Assembly (NCBI GenBank): GCA_963751455.1
Contig: CAVVUN010000012.1
Coordinates: 320,001 to 384,000 of the forward strand
Origin: Nitrospirota bacterium
Lineage (GTDB): Bacteria; Nitrospirota; UBA9217
Length of the DNA: 64,000 bases
Direction: 5' to 3'
The notes under the pieces were generated by a model, which was given only the letters and a program-made list of their open reading frames with translations, had not been told where the DNA came from and ran no database searches. Made by a program: the position numbers and the translations under genes. Of this stretch, positions 1 through 9,656 are shown piece after piece (positions within the stretch are counted from its first letter, which is position 1; every line of letters starts with the position of its first letter).

Positions 1-317
1 TGAACCCTTCTCTCTGTTGGAAGGCCATTGTCGTCCCATCCCATTGGATAAAATATATTTTTCCCGACCATTCTTTGATATCGAACGATGATATCAGTAT
101 GCGTGTAGCTAAATATATGACCGATATGAAGAGAACCTGAAACTGTTGGTGGCGGTGTATCGATTGCAAATGTTTCGGCACGTTTTTTCGAGGAATCGTA
201 TTTGAATATACCAAGCTCATCCCATAGCGCTTGATATTTTTTTTCAGCTGCTCTTGAATCGAAATGTTTTGGTAAGGTACTCGCATCAAATGAATTTCTA
301 TCGTTTTTAATTATCAT
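1..317 (-). CDS. valS: Valyl-tRNA synthetase, type-2 (archaeal/actinobacterial-like), 5' part; runs off the window edge
   Basis: Not in the ORF track. Manual translation from ATG 317 gives [20 protein letters not shown]...[56 protein letters not shown], with the HIGH motif and the DTPPPTVSG and [11 protein letters not shown] signatures. Confidence 0.93.
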   Translation of the reverse strand, partial: MIIKNDRNSFDASTLPKHFDSRAAEKKYQALWDELGIFKYDSSKKRAETFAIDTPPPTVSGSLHIGHIFSYTHTDIIVRYQRMVGKNIFYPMGWDDNGLPTERRV

Positions 318-529
318 CTTTCAAAATCCTAAAACAACCCAAAGTAATAAATTTGCATTTGGCTGACAGTTAATTTTCAATTAAGCTTACATAGCTTAAA
401 ATTAAACATAATATGTAATTGAAAAATTGCGGATAGTAAGGAAAGAAGGAGTAGCCGAACCTAGTATCACTCTATCTAAAAAGGACTCTATTTAGATAAG
501 GCAGCGTTCTGCGGATATCATTTAAGGGC

Positions 530-559
530 ATTATAGTGATCTACACACTTGTTTGTCAA
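530..559 (-). promoter_or_regulatory. Sigma70-type promoter for valS
   Basis: Minus strand reads TTGACA (559-554), 18-nt spacer, TATAAT (535-530). Confidence 0.7.
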
Positions 560-774
560 GCGTTTATTTGCGGTGTTCGCGGGTCGCAAACATGCTGATC
601 TCGCCGGTATATCCCTAGCGGGAGGACTAGGTTCCCCGGCTTTGACGATATTTCCATTTACCCTGCGGATGGACCACTATGCAGAGGCATCTGTGAGAGA
701 ACTACGGGCTCGAGGTATCGCTAACGCTCGCTTCTTCTCAGAGATCGCTGCTCTTACCTAAGAAATCATCTTGC

Positions 775-941
775 GGAACAGCGAGGCTATAATGAAACTG
801 TTATACATCGCAATGTAAATCTCAAAGAAATGGACCATGCCGATCCATGACTGAAGTCGGCGCTGAGCGGTTTTACGATCTTATTTTAAGAAAGAACGCC
901 TGCGCTTTAAATCGAGTGGACATTTACACAAACTATTTACA
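775..941 (+). mobile_element. IS256-family remnant (decayed transposase C-terminus plus right end)
   Basis: Frame-broken translation NSEAIMKLLYIAM / ISKKWTMPIHD / KSALSGFTILF*ER matches the IS256 C-terminal motif (KKWTMPI.DW). It is followed by the end-like sequence TTTACACAAACTATTTACA (923-941). Confidence 0.8.
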
Positions 942-951
942 TGGCCGACTG

Positions 952-2871
952 TTATAACTTTCTCATTTCGCCGCCGAACATTTCCACAACCTTATTTACC
1001 AAAGCCGTCAGCGAGGGGTCGCGCGCTCCCATGATAAGCACGCAGTCTTCCGGTTTCGCATCGAGTTTTAATGTTTTCAATAACTCGTCTCGGCTGTTGA
1101 GGGCTTGCGCATTGAATGGCGCGGGACCAAGGCCGTTTATGATATCTTCCGAGGAAATATTTTTTTGCGCCGTGCCTCCCGCATAATAGATCGGGAGGAG
1201 ATAGAGTGAATCATTTGGCCGGAACGCGGCTCGAAAAGTTTCGATGTATTCGTCTTTCAAAAACCGTGTAGGGCCGAAGCCATGCGGCTGATATACGGCC
1301 AGGATGCGTCCGGAAAGGCCTCGGGCTGCCCGAACAACAGCCGCTATTTTTGCCGGATTATGGGCAAAGTCATCAACCACATGCACGTTCGCTTTTGTTG
1401 CGGTGACGGAAAATCGCCGGGCCACACCCTCATAATTTTTTACCGCATGCGCAAGGGCAGACGGCTCGCAAGCGAAATACTCGCATACGCAGAGCGCAGC
1501 GCACAGGTTTTCAAGATTGTGCTCTCCGGGAAGCGGCAGATGATACTCAGTGCCGCTCCTGAATAATTTGACCGAAGTCGGGAGGAGTTGCTCCCGGTCC
1601 GGCCGCCACGAACCCGAGCCGTTTCGGCCGAAGCGCACGGTTGCAGGAAGCGAAGCAAGGACCGGATCGTCGGCGTTGGAGGCCGTCCAGGAAGATTGCG
1701 AAGCCAGCGTTTTGAAGAGTTTCGCAATGTCCTCAATGCTTTTGTGGTCCTTGGAAACATTCAGGATGACCGATGCTTCCGGACGATATTTGACCACGGT
1801 TCCATCGCTTTCGTCCGCCTCCACTACCAGGAGCTCGGACCCGCCGCTGTATGCATTGCCGATAAGGCCCTGTTTTTCGAGCCTGCGCAGGCCCGCGCCG
1901 CTGATCAACGATGGCGACTTTCCGCATGCGGTCAGGAATTCGAATATCATAGCAGTAACCGTCGACTTGCCGCTTGTGCCGGCGACTGCAATGGTCTTTT
2001 TTAGTCCGATGAGAGCGCTCAGCAGATCAGAGCGATGGACGATGGGAATGCCGCGGCTGCGGGCGGCTACAATATCCGGATTCGATTCTTCTATGGCGGT
2101 TGAAACGCAAATGACATGGGTATCCGCACTCACACCGGAACCGTCCTGCTGAACGATGGAGCACCCGAGGCTTTCAAGCGATTGCCGGATCGGGGCGGTA
2201 TCCTCGCTTGCATGGAAACGATCGGAACCCGAGACCGTGATTCCCTGAAAGCGCAGGTATTGCGCGAGAGCGCTCATGCCGCTGCCGAAAACTCCGGTAA
2301 AATGAACGTTGCGGCATGGATGGCCGTTGATGACAATCGCGGGAGGATCGATATAGACCAGCGTACCTTCTCCGACGGTTTCAAACAGCCGGGTAATATC
2401 GAGATTGCGCATGCAGACGCACCCGTACGACAGGGGAGTTCCGATCAGGTCTTCTCTGCCGGTGCCGTGGATATAAATATAACGCTCATAGGAATCCACG
2501 CCCCCGCCCTTATTGATGCCCTCTTCAAGACCTTCGAGCCGCAGAATGCGGGTCAGGATGAGATTATCCCGGGTAAGACGGTGGTCCCAGTCGATGCCGG
2601 TATCCTCGCGGTCCGTGAAAATGCGACCTACGCGCGCGCCGGCTCCGAACTTTTCCCTGATCCGATGAAGACCGAGCGGCGTTTTGAGCGAGTTTTCCCG
2701 ATTGCCGATGCCGAAGCGGGAGGTCGAGGCGTCATATCGCTCGACGATGGTATCGTTCGAGCAGACAAGGAGCGTCTGTGTCTCGATGGATACGATGAGA
2801 AATAGATCGTGCGGGGCCGGTAAAAACTTCCGTATTTTTTCGTGAATACAGCGTAATCGGACTGTTTCCAT
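952..2871 (-). CDS. L,D-transpeptidase (YkuD-like) domain fused to a MurC/Mpl-family UDP-MurNAc ligase
   Basis: N-terminal KTPLG...IYIHGT...SYGCVCM (His/Cys catalytic motif). Downstream GVFGSGMSALA, VAGTSGKSTVT, VEADESDG and DDFAHNP are Mur ligase motifs. Confidence 0.9.
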   Translation of the reverse strand: METVRLRCIHEKIRKFLPAPHDLFLIVSIETQTLLVCSNDTIVERYDASTSRFGIGNRENSLKTPLGLHRIREKFGAGARVGRIFTDREDTGIDWDHRLTRDNLILTRILRLEGLEEGINKGGGVDSYERYIYIHGTGREDLIGTPLSYGCVCMRNLDITRLFETVGEGTLVYIDPPAIVINGHPCRNVHFTGVFGSGMSALAQYLRFQGITVSGSDRFHASEDTAPIRQSLESLGCSIVQQDGSGVSADTHVICVSTAIEESNPDIVAARSRGIPIVHRSDLLSALIGLKKTIAVAGTSGKSTVTAMIFEFLTACGKSPSLISGAGLRRLEKQGLIGNAYSGGSELLVVEADESDGTVVKYRPEASVILNVSKDHKSIEDIAKLFKTLASQSSWTASNADDPVLASLPATVRFGRNGSGSWRPDREQLLPTSVKLFRSGTEYHLPLPGEHNLENLCAALCVCEYFACEPSALAHAVKNYEGVARRFSVTATKANVHVVDDFAHNPAKIAAVVRAARGLSGRILAVYQPHGFGPTRFLKDEYIETFRAAFRPNDSLYLLPIYYAGGTAQKNISSEDIINGLGPAPFNAQALNSRDELLKTLKLDAKPEDCVLIMGARDPSLTALVNKVVEMFGGEMRKL

Positions 2872-2926
2872 AAGAAACTGCTGCTTTATCCTTTGTAAAA
2901 GTTTATTTCGAACGCTGTCCGGTTAT

Positions 2927-3090
2927 CCTGAAAAAAGCAGTTGGACACGGATAAAATCTGATCAACACGGATTTATAGGAAGTTACGAACAGTAATGGAT
3001 TCACCCAAAAGGCGAGATGGCTTTTTGCTCTATCACATTGTTTTGATCCGCTGTTTCCGTGTTCATCCGTGTTCAAATGCCGTTTTTAGG
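2927..3090. mobile_element. MITE family 1, copy A
   Basis: CCTGAAAA...TTTTAGG ends, long imperfect palindromic arms, central TCACC-loop-GGYGA hairpin, flanked by the direct repeat GTTAT (2922-2926 / 3091-3095). Confidence 0.8.
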
Positions 3091-3218
3091 GTTATAGATG
3101 CCTGGCACTAGTCTCCTTCGCAAAATACTGTATTTTAAAGAAAACGACAAGAGAAAAAAGAAGAGCTGCAGCGTTGTCAGCCTTGCAGGTTGAATGGATT
3201 CGGAGGCGGAATAAAAAA

Positions 3219-4139
3219 TTAATGCATAGAGACCAGGCCCGGTTGGCTACTGGCCTGCTCAGGTGAAACCGTCCGGACGCCCCCTGCACCGGGCCTTTGG
3301 AGCAAAGCGGCCGACTCGAGGTTAATGCCGATCTCGGCAAGCATCAGCGTGCTTCTCCATAAGCTGTTCCTGGAGCGCGCGCCGAGAACAGCGGTATAAA
3401 AGGGGCCCTTGTCCGTGTCGATCGCGCAAACGAAACAGTGCCGCGCATCACCCGTATAACCTGTTTTCCCGATGAAATTGTCCTTTTTCCAGAGCAGATC
3501 GTTCGAGTTCTCCACAACGATTACCCTCCCCGTGGAGGTCGTGACAATCCATATTTTTTTGGAGAGAATATCCTTTATGAGAGGATAAGCAAACGCGGCC
3601 TTCATAATGAGCGCAAGATCGCTTGCTGTCGTGTATTGTATCCCTTCAGGAAGGCCGGTTGCGTTTGCAAATAACGTTTTTTTCGTCCCGATATCTTTGG
3701 CTTTCCTGTTCATGAGCGCCACGAATTCCCGCTCCGTACCGGCGGCAGCCTCGGCAAGGGCGACTGCCGCGGAATTGATGGACTTCATAAGCGCAAGATG
3801 AAGAAGATCGGAAACAGCCATTTCTTCATCAAAATATATTTTCGGCGGAATGGTCTTGACCTTTGCGGCTTTTCTGCTGACCCTTACTTTGAGTGATGGC
3901 TCGAGCTGGTCGAGCACAACCATGGCGGTAACGAGCTTGACCGTGCTGGCGGGTGCGAGTTTTGCGTCGGGGTATTTTGAATAAACCACGGTGCCGGCGG
4001 AATCCATGAGCACGGCAGCCTCTGCCGGGATCGCGTTCCGCGGTTTAGCGGAGACCGCGGGTTCCCCTATGAGGAACAGGATTGAGAACGCAAAAGCAAG
4101 ACAGAGGTATTTAAACGCGGCCGCCCTAGAGATGTCCAT
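3219..4139 (-). CDS. D-alanyl-D-alanine carboxypeptidase (peptidase S11)
   Basis: Signal peptide; SxxK (ASTVK), SxN (SIN) and KTG motifs. Confidence 0.92.
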   Translation of the reverse strand: MDISRAAAFKYLCLAFAFSILFLIGEPAVSAKPRNAIPAEAAVLMDSAGTVVYSKYPDAKLAPASTVKLVTAMVVLDQLEPSLKVRVSRKAAKVKTIPPKIYFDEEMAVSDLLHLALMKSINSAAVALAEAAAGTEREFVALMNRKAKDIGTKKTLFANATGLPEGIQYTTASDLALIMKAAFAYPLIKDILSKKIWIVTTSTGRVIVVENSNDLLWKKDNFIGKTGYTGDARHCFVCAIDTDKGPFYTAVLGARSRNSLWRSTLMLAEIGINLESAALLQRPGAGGVRTVSPEQASSQPGLVSMH

Positions 4140-4332
4140 ATATAAAATAGCGAGATGAAGGAAATGCTTTAAATTGTAATTCTTTGTTCCTGCCCCGTAG
4201 GCGAGCCAATATTAAACCGAGAAGAGGACTTCGTCAAGAATATAGTTCAAGCAAGGATAGGGTGTAGTTGGGCGTGAGGCCGGGGAGATCGGGAAAAAAT
4301 CCGAGAACCGGTATGGATCGGATATGTGTGTT

Positions 4333-5208
4333 TTAAAGTGACCTGGATGATTTACGTTTTCTCGTCTTCGTGGCTTGTCTCTCTTCCGCTGTCTCCACTG
4401 ACGGAACAAAGTCAGGTTCAGATGTCAGATTGACCAGCACCGAGGTGCTTTTCCATAACTTTCTCCGGGAAGGCGCTCCGAGAACCGCGGCATAAACAAG
4501 TCCCTTCTCCGTTTCTATCGCCCCTACGAAGCAGTGTTGAGCCGTGTTCGTGAACCCCGTCTTTCCGCCAACCATGTCGTCTCTGTACCACAGCAGCGCA
4601 TCGGTGTTTCCAAAGCTTAATTTTCGTCCTTGAACCGTAGTGATGACTGCCGTTTTTTTGCCGATGATCTCCCGGATAAGCGGATAGGTAAGCGCCTTTT
4701 TCAGGATGGTCGTTAGATTGAGGGCTGTTGTATGCTGTTCCGTGCCGGGAAGCCCGGATGCGTTCCTGAAATCGGTGTCATTCGCCCCGATCTCCTGAGC
4801 TTTCCGGTTCATCACTACCACAAAATACTCTTCGGTTTGGCTTGTGGCTTCCGCCAAAGCAACGGCAGCAGCGTTGCTGGATTTCATTAAGGCGAGATGG
4901 AGCAGGTCGGATACGGTAACCTGGTCGCCTGCCTTAAGCCGCGGCCTCCCTGAACGCGTCCTTGCAGCAGTGCTGCTGACCGTCACGACGGCCGCCGGAT
5001 CCAGGCTATCCAGAGCTACCATGGCGGTCATCAGTTTTACGGTACTGGCGGGAGGCAGCTTTGTGGAGGCGTTTTTCGAGAACAGGATAGTGTCGTCGGC
5101 ACCAAGGATAACGCAAGCCTTCGCACGGATGGCCCTTGGCGAAAAAGAATAAGCAGGTCGGGCCAGGAAGAGAAACCCGATAATCACAAAAAATAAAATT
5201 CTTCTCAT
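4333..5208 (-). CDS. D-alanyl-D-alanine carboxypeptidase (peptidase S11), tandem paralogue
   Basis: ASTVK, SSN and GKTG motifs; signal peptide begins at MRRILFF (ATG 5208); basic C-terminal tail. Confidence 0.92.
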   Translation of the reverse strand: MRRILFFVIIGFLFLARPAYSFSPRAIRAKACVILGADDTILFSKNASTKLPPASTVKLMTAMVALDSLDPAAVVTVSSTAARTRSGRPRLKAGDQVTVSDLLHLALMKSSNAAAVALAEATSQTEEYFVVVMNRKAQEIGANDTDFRNASGLPGTEQHTTALNLTTILKKALTYPLIREIIGKKTAVITTVQGRKLSFGNTDALLWYRDDMVGGKTGFTNTAQHCFVGAIETEKGLVYAAVLGAPSRRKLWKSTSVLVNLTSEPDFVPSVETAEERQATKTRKRKSSRSL

Positions 5209-5349
5209 GCCCGGCCCCGGCCTCTTGAACTGCACGTTGTACGTTAAAGGTATTATATACAGGAGCCGGGATTTCTTTGTGTGATTTGCATCACCAAACT
5301 AACAATAATCGTCGCCATGGTGGACGCGCTTTCGCGGCTGTGGCTGCAA

Positions 5350-6315
5350 TCATCCTTTTCTGCCTGTCACGAGAACTGTTTCGCCGAGCGGCTTTGTCCT
5401 GATGCCCTTGAATCCCGCCTTTTCCAGCCATCCTTTAATTTCCTGAACCGTGTAAGACCGGCCGGCTGTTGTGTTGACCAGCATATTTACGGAGAAGAGG
5501 GCGCCGGGCACAGGATGGGCCCGGTCCTTTTCGAGCAAAAATTCCTGGATAACGATCCGGCCCATCGGGTTCATGGCATTGCGCGCCTTCTCGATAAGCG
5601 CCGTGCTTTCATCAATCGAAAGGGAGTGCACGATCTGGCTGATGAAGACCAGATCATAGCCGCTGCCGATGTTGTCGGTATGGAAATCTCCCGGGACGTA
5701 ATAAATATTCTTTACGCCCTGTTCGCTCCCGATCTCTTTCGCGATGGTAATTGTTTCGGGCAGGTCAAAGAGCGTAACGCTGATTTTTTTTCGCGCAAGT
5801 TCGATGCTGTACGTTCCGGGACCGCCGCCCAGATCGAGCGCCCTTATCACGCCTTTGAGGTCTATGGCCGCAATAACGCCTTTTGCCCGGAATACGGCAT
5901 TGTTATGCATGGCCCTGATAAATGATCCGTAGTCACGCACGCCTGACCGGTTCGGCAGACCGGTTTTGACGACTTCATCCAGGCCGGACCAGCTCTTCCA
6001 GAGGTTGTCGGCATGGCGCAGCATATCTCCCTGGTAAAGCGCGCTGTCCTTTACCAGAAACCGTTTAGCCGTCTCGGTATTCCGATATTTGCCGCCTGAT
6101 TTTCTGAGCAGCCCCAGGGAAGTAACGGCATCGAGCAGGACCTCCGTGGCCCTTGCATCAGCGGCAATGACGCCCGCAATTTCTCCCGCAGTCTTCGGAG
6201 ATTTCAGATAATCGAAAACCCGGTAATTGTTCGCAGTCAGAACCACGCGTGAAGCCCTGAACCCGCCCCAGAGTCTCGCAAATTCCTGATGCTGTTTCAA
6301 AAGGTCCTTGCTCAT
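5350..6315 (-). CDS. SAM-dependent O-methyltransferase with N-terminal dimerisation domain
   Basis: LDLGGGPG motif I, LFDLP, GDF; GGAGGAGG ribosome-binding site upstream. Confidence 0.9.
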   Translation of the reverse strand: MSKDLLKQHQEFARLWGGFRASRVVLTANNYRVFDYLKSPKTAGEIAGVIAADARATEVLLDAVTSLGLLRKSGGKYRNTETAKRFLVKDSALYQGDMLRHADNLWKSWSGLDEVVKTGLPNRSGVRDYGSFIRAMHNNAVFRAKGVIAAIDLKGVIRALDLGGGPGTYSIELARKKISVTLFDLPETITIAKEIGSEQGVKNIYYVPGDFHTDNIGSGYDLVFISQIVHSLSIDESTALIEKARNAMNPMGRIVIQEFLLEKDRAHPVPGALFSVNMLVNTTAGRSYTVQEIKGWLEKAGFKGIRTKPLGETVLVTGRKG

Positions 6316-6415
6316 AACATATTCCTCCTCCCGCAGAGTGATGGCTTATGATAGGCAAAAAGAATACGAAAGTCAAAGTGAATTCGAGTGAGCCTTGCGA
6401 GCGAATAAGATTTAT

Positions 6416-6592
6416 CCTAAAAAGAGCGATTGGGACGCAGATAAGATCGGATAAACGCGGATAAAAACTGGATAAAAAAATACTTCTGAAACTGAAAAAA
6501 GCTCACCCTTGTGGTGAAGCTACTTTACACCTGAATGTCCGGTTTTATCTGCGAAAATCTGCGTTCATCTGCGTCCAACTGCCGTTTTCAGG
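6416..6592. mobile_element. MITE family 1, copy B
   Basis: CCTAAAAA...TTTTCAGG ends, central TCACCCTTGTGGTGA, flanking direct repeat TTTAT (6411-6415 / 6593-6597). Confidence 0.8.
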
Positions 6593-6721
6593 TTTATTGG
6601 AAAAGCGGGTCCACGCGAAAAGCTGTACAAAAGATCAAGTGAGACTGCCGGCAGTTTCATCTCCTTATGGTAAAATTTATATAAAAGCTTCAGCAGGCTG
6701 TTTTTTCAGTTGAGGAATGCC

Positions 6722-7378
6722 ATGATCAATACCATTTCCGAACAACAAGTCGAGATACCTTCAGGCGGGATCGTCCTCGAAGGCGCGCTCGCGCTGCCCT
6801 CGCGGGCCCGCGCCGCCGTTATCTTTGCGCACGGCAGCGGAAGCAGCAGGCACAGCCCGCGAAACAGGTCCGTCGCGGACGTACTGCATCAGGCAGGCAT
6901 CGGCACGCTCCTTTTCGACCTTCTGACACACGCGGAGGACGTTGCCTATGCAAACCGTTTCGACATCGAGTTGCTCACTGAGCGCCTCATTGCCGCAACA
7001 GCCTGGATGCGAAGAGGGAAGTTGACGGGAAGCCTGAAGCTTGGTTACTTCGGGGCAAGCACGGGAAGCGCAGCTGCGCTCAGCGCGGCAGCGGAACTCG
7101 GGGAAGAGATCAAGGCCGTTGTGTCCCGCGGAGGCAGGCCGGACCTTGCCGGTGACGCCCTCGCGCGCGTAAAGGCGCCCGTGCTCCTTATCGTCGGCGG
7201 CAACGACTACCAGGTAATCAACCTTAACCGGCAGGCATATGCCATGATCCATGCTGAAAAAAAACTTGAGATCGTGCCTGGCGCGACGCATCTTTTTGAG
7301 GAACACGGCGCACTCGAGGCAGTTTCCCGAATAGCCGCGAACTGGTTTACGGTGCAGCTTATTGGCAAGAGCGGCTAA
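6722..7378 (+). CDS. Dienelactone-hydrolase-like alpha/beta hydrolase
   Basis: FAHGSGSSRHSPRN, GYFGASTG nucleophile elbow, SRGGRPDL, GATHLFEE. Confidence 0.88.
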   Translation: MINTISEQQVEIPSGGIVLEGALALPSRARAAVIFAHGSGSSRHSPRNRSVADVLHQAGIGTLLFDLLTHAEDVAYANRFDIELLTERLIAATAWMRRGKLTGSLKLGYFGASTGSAAALSAAAELGEEIKAVVSRGGRPDLAGDALARVKAPVLLIVGGNDYQVINLNRQAYAMIHAEKKLEIVPGATHLFEEHGALEAVSRIAANWFTVQLIGKSG

Positions 7379-7447
7379 GGATCGCAATAACATTCTTCCC
7401 GCCGCTCCGGCCTTGCAGTAAATATGTCGCTGTTCGAACCCGTTATT

Positions 7448-8284
7448 TTACGCCTTGATTACGAGCGGATATCTTCCGATCGGCTCGGCATCCGGTTCTC
7501 CGGGGACTTCGAATTTGGCGATTGTCCATTGTCCGCCAAAACCAAGTGCATGGGCAGCGAGTTGCAGATGGGCCATGGCAATTCCACAGTCAAGCAGGTG
7601 GTAGTCCTTGCCCTCTCTGCTCTGGCGTCTCTTTTTGTAAATCAGGACTTCGCTCCCGGTAAAGATAAAAAACCACGGCTGTTTATTCATCCATGACGGC
7701 GCCCAGCGGACTGCTTCGAGAAGGCGCGCAAGCAGCTCCTGGGCAAGGATGCCCGAAGGCAACTGCTCTCCATGGCTCTGCCAGAAAAAAATCTGATCGA
7801 TCGGTTTTCGCGTTGACGAACGGGCCATTGACCTGAGCGCACGGCTCACAAAGGTGGGACCGGCAGGCAGCCCGATCGGAGTGAGTGCAATCACGCGCCA
7901 GGAAGGATCCAGTCCGAGAAAAGAACGGAGCGAGGCCTCCTTGAACATAAGCCCGACCCAGCAGGTGCCGAGCCCCCTGCCGGTGGCGTCGAGGATCATC
8001 TGCTCGAACCGGAACCCTGCGTCTGTAAGATACCCGTCGCTTTCCCGTGAGGCAAGCACGATGTAATGCGGGGCGCGGATAGTCTTCCCGTAATCGCCGA
8101 TTACACCCTTGACCTCTTTGCCCATTTCTTCATGACGGTGAAGATAAAACCTCATTTCTGCGCCAGTGAGCGCCTCTGCCGCTTCTCCTGTTCGGCGGAC
8201 CTCTTCAAGAAGAGTCGCATCTGCAGGCTGCGGTTCATAGCTCCGCACTGCTGTGCGCCGGAAAATGGTTTCCAGAATCTCCAC
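7448..8284 (-). CDS. Nitroreductase-family protein (two domains)
   Basis: RTAVRSY, GLGTCWVG, WAPSWMNKQPW and DCGIAMAH motifs. Confidence 0.88.
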   Translation of the reverse strand: MEILETIFRRTAVRSYEPQPADATLLEEVRRTGEAAEALTGAEMRFYLHRHEEMGKEVKGVIGDYGKTIRAPHYIVLASRESDGYLTDAGFRFEQMILDATGRGLGTCWVGLMFKEASLRSFLGLDPSWRVIALTPIGLPAGPTFVSRALRSMARSSTRKPIDQIFFWQSHGEQLPSGILAQELLARLLEAVRWAPSWMNKQPWFFIFTGSEVLIYKKRRQSREGKDYHLLDCGIAMAHLQLAAHALGFGGQWTIAKFEVPGEPDAEPIGRYPLVIKA

Positions 8285-8332
8285 GTATTTATCCCCGTCT
8301 TCTCAAGAGAGAGGTCACTCGTTCAGCAAGTG

Positions 8333-8812
8333 CTAAAACTGATACCCCGCCTGAAGCAACACGTGACCCGTTGTGTCGCCGCTGCGCCGGCCTATTGCCG
8401 GAGTTATTCCTGCATTCCACCCGCTGCTCTGTATTCCCTTGAAAAGGTATACATACGAAATACCGGCCCCATAGATCGTGTGTGGATCTCGAAGAAAGTC
8501 CTTGAAACCAACCGGGCCGAGATAGACGCCAATGCCGTGGTTATTGCCGGACTTGGACAAGATGTCTGCGCGGATCCAGCCTGCGCCGACTCCGCAGGCG
8601 GCCTCCCAGCCTGAAAAGGAAGTATAACCCATTTCTGTGCAGCCGGCAGCAATGTATTGAAAATCGCTTTCACGCTGTAATCCGGCGTTGACCCCGATGC
8701 CCGCATAGAATGCTCCCAAACCTGCGCCGAAAGACATATCGTTATCGGACGCATTTGCGTGGAGCGAACAAAAAAGCAGCAATATCAAAATACAGGCTGA
8801 TTTTATTTTCAT
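8333..8812 (-). CDS. Small outer-membrane beta-barrel protein
   Basis: Signal peptide, Gly/aromatic-rich alternating strands, C-terminal GYQF. Confidence 0.7.
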   Translation of the reverse strand: MKIKSACILILLLFCSLHANASDNDMSFGAGLGAFYAGIGVNAGLQRESDFQYIAAGCTEMGYTSFSGWEAACGVGAGWIRADILSKSGNNHGIGVYLGPVGFKDFLRDPHTIYGAGISYVYLFKGIQSSGWNAGITPAIGRRSGDTTGHVLLQAGYQF

Positions 8813-8957
8813 AACTTACTCCTCTTCCTGCAGAGATCCATGAGAGAGCGCGTGAAACATTGATAGCGCGATTACTTTTAGCATATGTTCGAAAAGGGTG
8901 TCAATACCCAATACCCGGATCATCAGTACTGCCTCCTGAGAGAATACCCGGCCCAAC

Positions 8958-8990
8958 AAAAAAGCAGGTCCCCAAGGAACCTGCTTCTTT
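8958..8990 (-). terminator. Intrinsic terminator downstream of the dsrE-like gene
   Basis: Near-perfect stem AAGCAGGT/ACCTGCTT followed by a U6 run on the minus strand. Confidence 0.6.
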
Positions 8991-9112
8991 GCGAATGAAT
9001 CAATATGGCTTAAGCATAATAGAACCGGACATAGTTTACCGCCCGGCTTTAAACCCGCAAAAAGATTTTGCTGTTGCTTTTATCCGTGTTCAGCTGTGGT
9101 TAATAACAAATT

Positions 9113-9586
9113 CTATATGAACAAATTGATCTGCGCGTCCGATGCCGCATCGAGCCACGTCGCTGCGCCGCCGAACTCTACGCCGCTGACAATATCGGAC
9201 TGCTTGTAGCCCATTACATCCATGGTCATCTGGCAGGCGATAAGTTTCACCCCGCTCTCCTTCGCCATATCCAGAAGCTGGCCCACGGTCGCGACCCCGT
9301 GTTTGTTGAACATGGACTTCATCATGCCCGTTGCCATGGCTTCCATGCCCGGCAGGGACGCGATAAGTGTCGGAATCGGCACCGGCATCGGCATTGCCGG
9401 ATTCCCGAGAGGAGACACCTTCAACTTGCCCGTATTATCTTTTTTGATGATTTCAAGCCCGTAAAACGTGAAAAAGATCGTGACATCGACGTCCATGGCT
9501 GCTGCCGTAGTTGCCAGGATAAGCGGAGGATATGCCATGTCGAGCGAGCCCTTGGATGCGATGATCGTCATTTTTTTGTTTGCCAT
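9113..9586 (-). CDS. DsrE/DsrF/DrsH-like (DsrE2-type) sulfur-relay protein
   Basis: SKGSLDMAYPPLILA, IFFTFYGL, conserved Cys in IACQMTMDVM, C-terminal NLFI. Confidence 0.88.
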   Translation of the reverse strand: MANKKMTIIASKGSLDMAYPPLILATTAAAMDVDVTIFFTFYGLEIIKKDNTGKLKVSPLGNPAMPMPVPIPTLIASLPGMEAMATGMMKSMFNKHGVATVGQLLDMAKESGVKLIACQMTMDVMGYKQSDIVSGVEFGGAATWLDAASDAQINLFI

Positions 9587-9656
9587 GTATTTCTCCTTAA
9601 GTTTTGGCCCTCACCGAAGTTCGTGTGAATGCGGGCGAGGGATCTTTTGTTTGAGC

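Noticed and set aside
318-530. T-box riboswitch upstream of valS
   Set aside because: No T-box consensus (GGTGGNACC) or antiterminator is visible on the minus strand.
549-761. 70-aa ORF
   Set aside because: No recognisable motif, overlaps the valS promoter, and lies in decayed sequence beside the IS scar.
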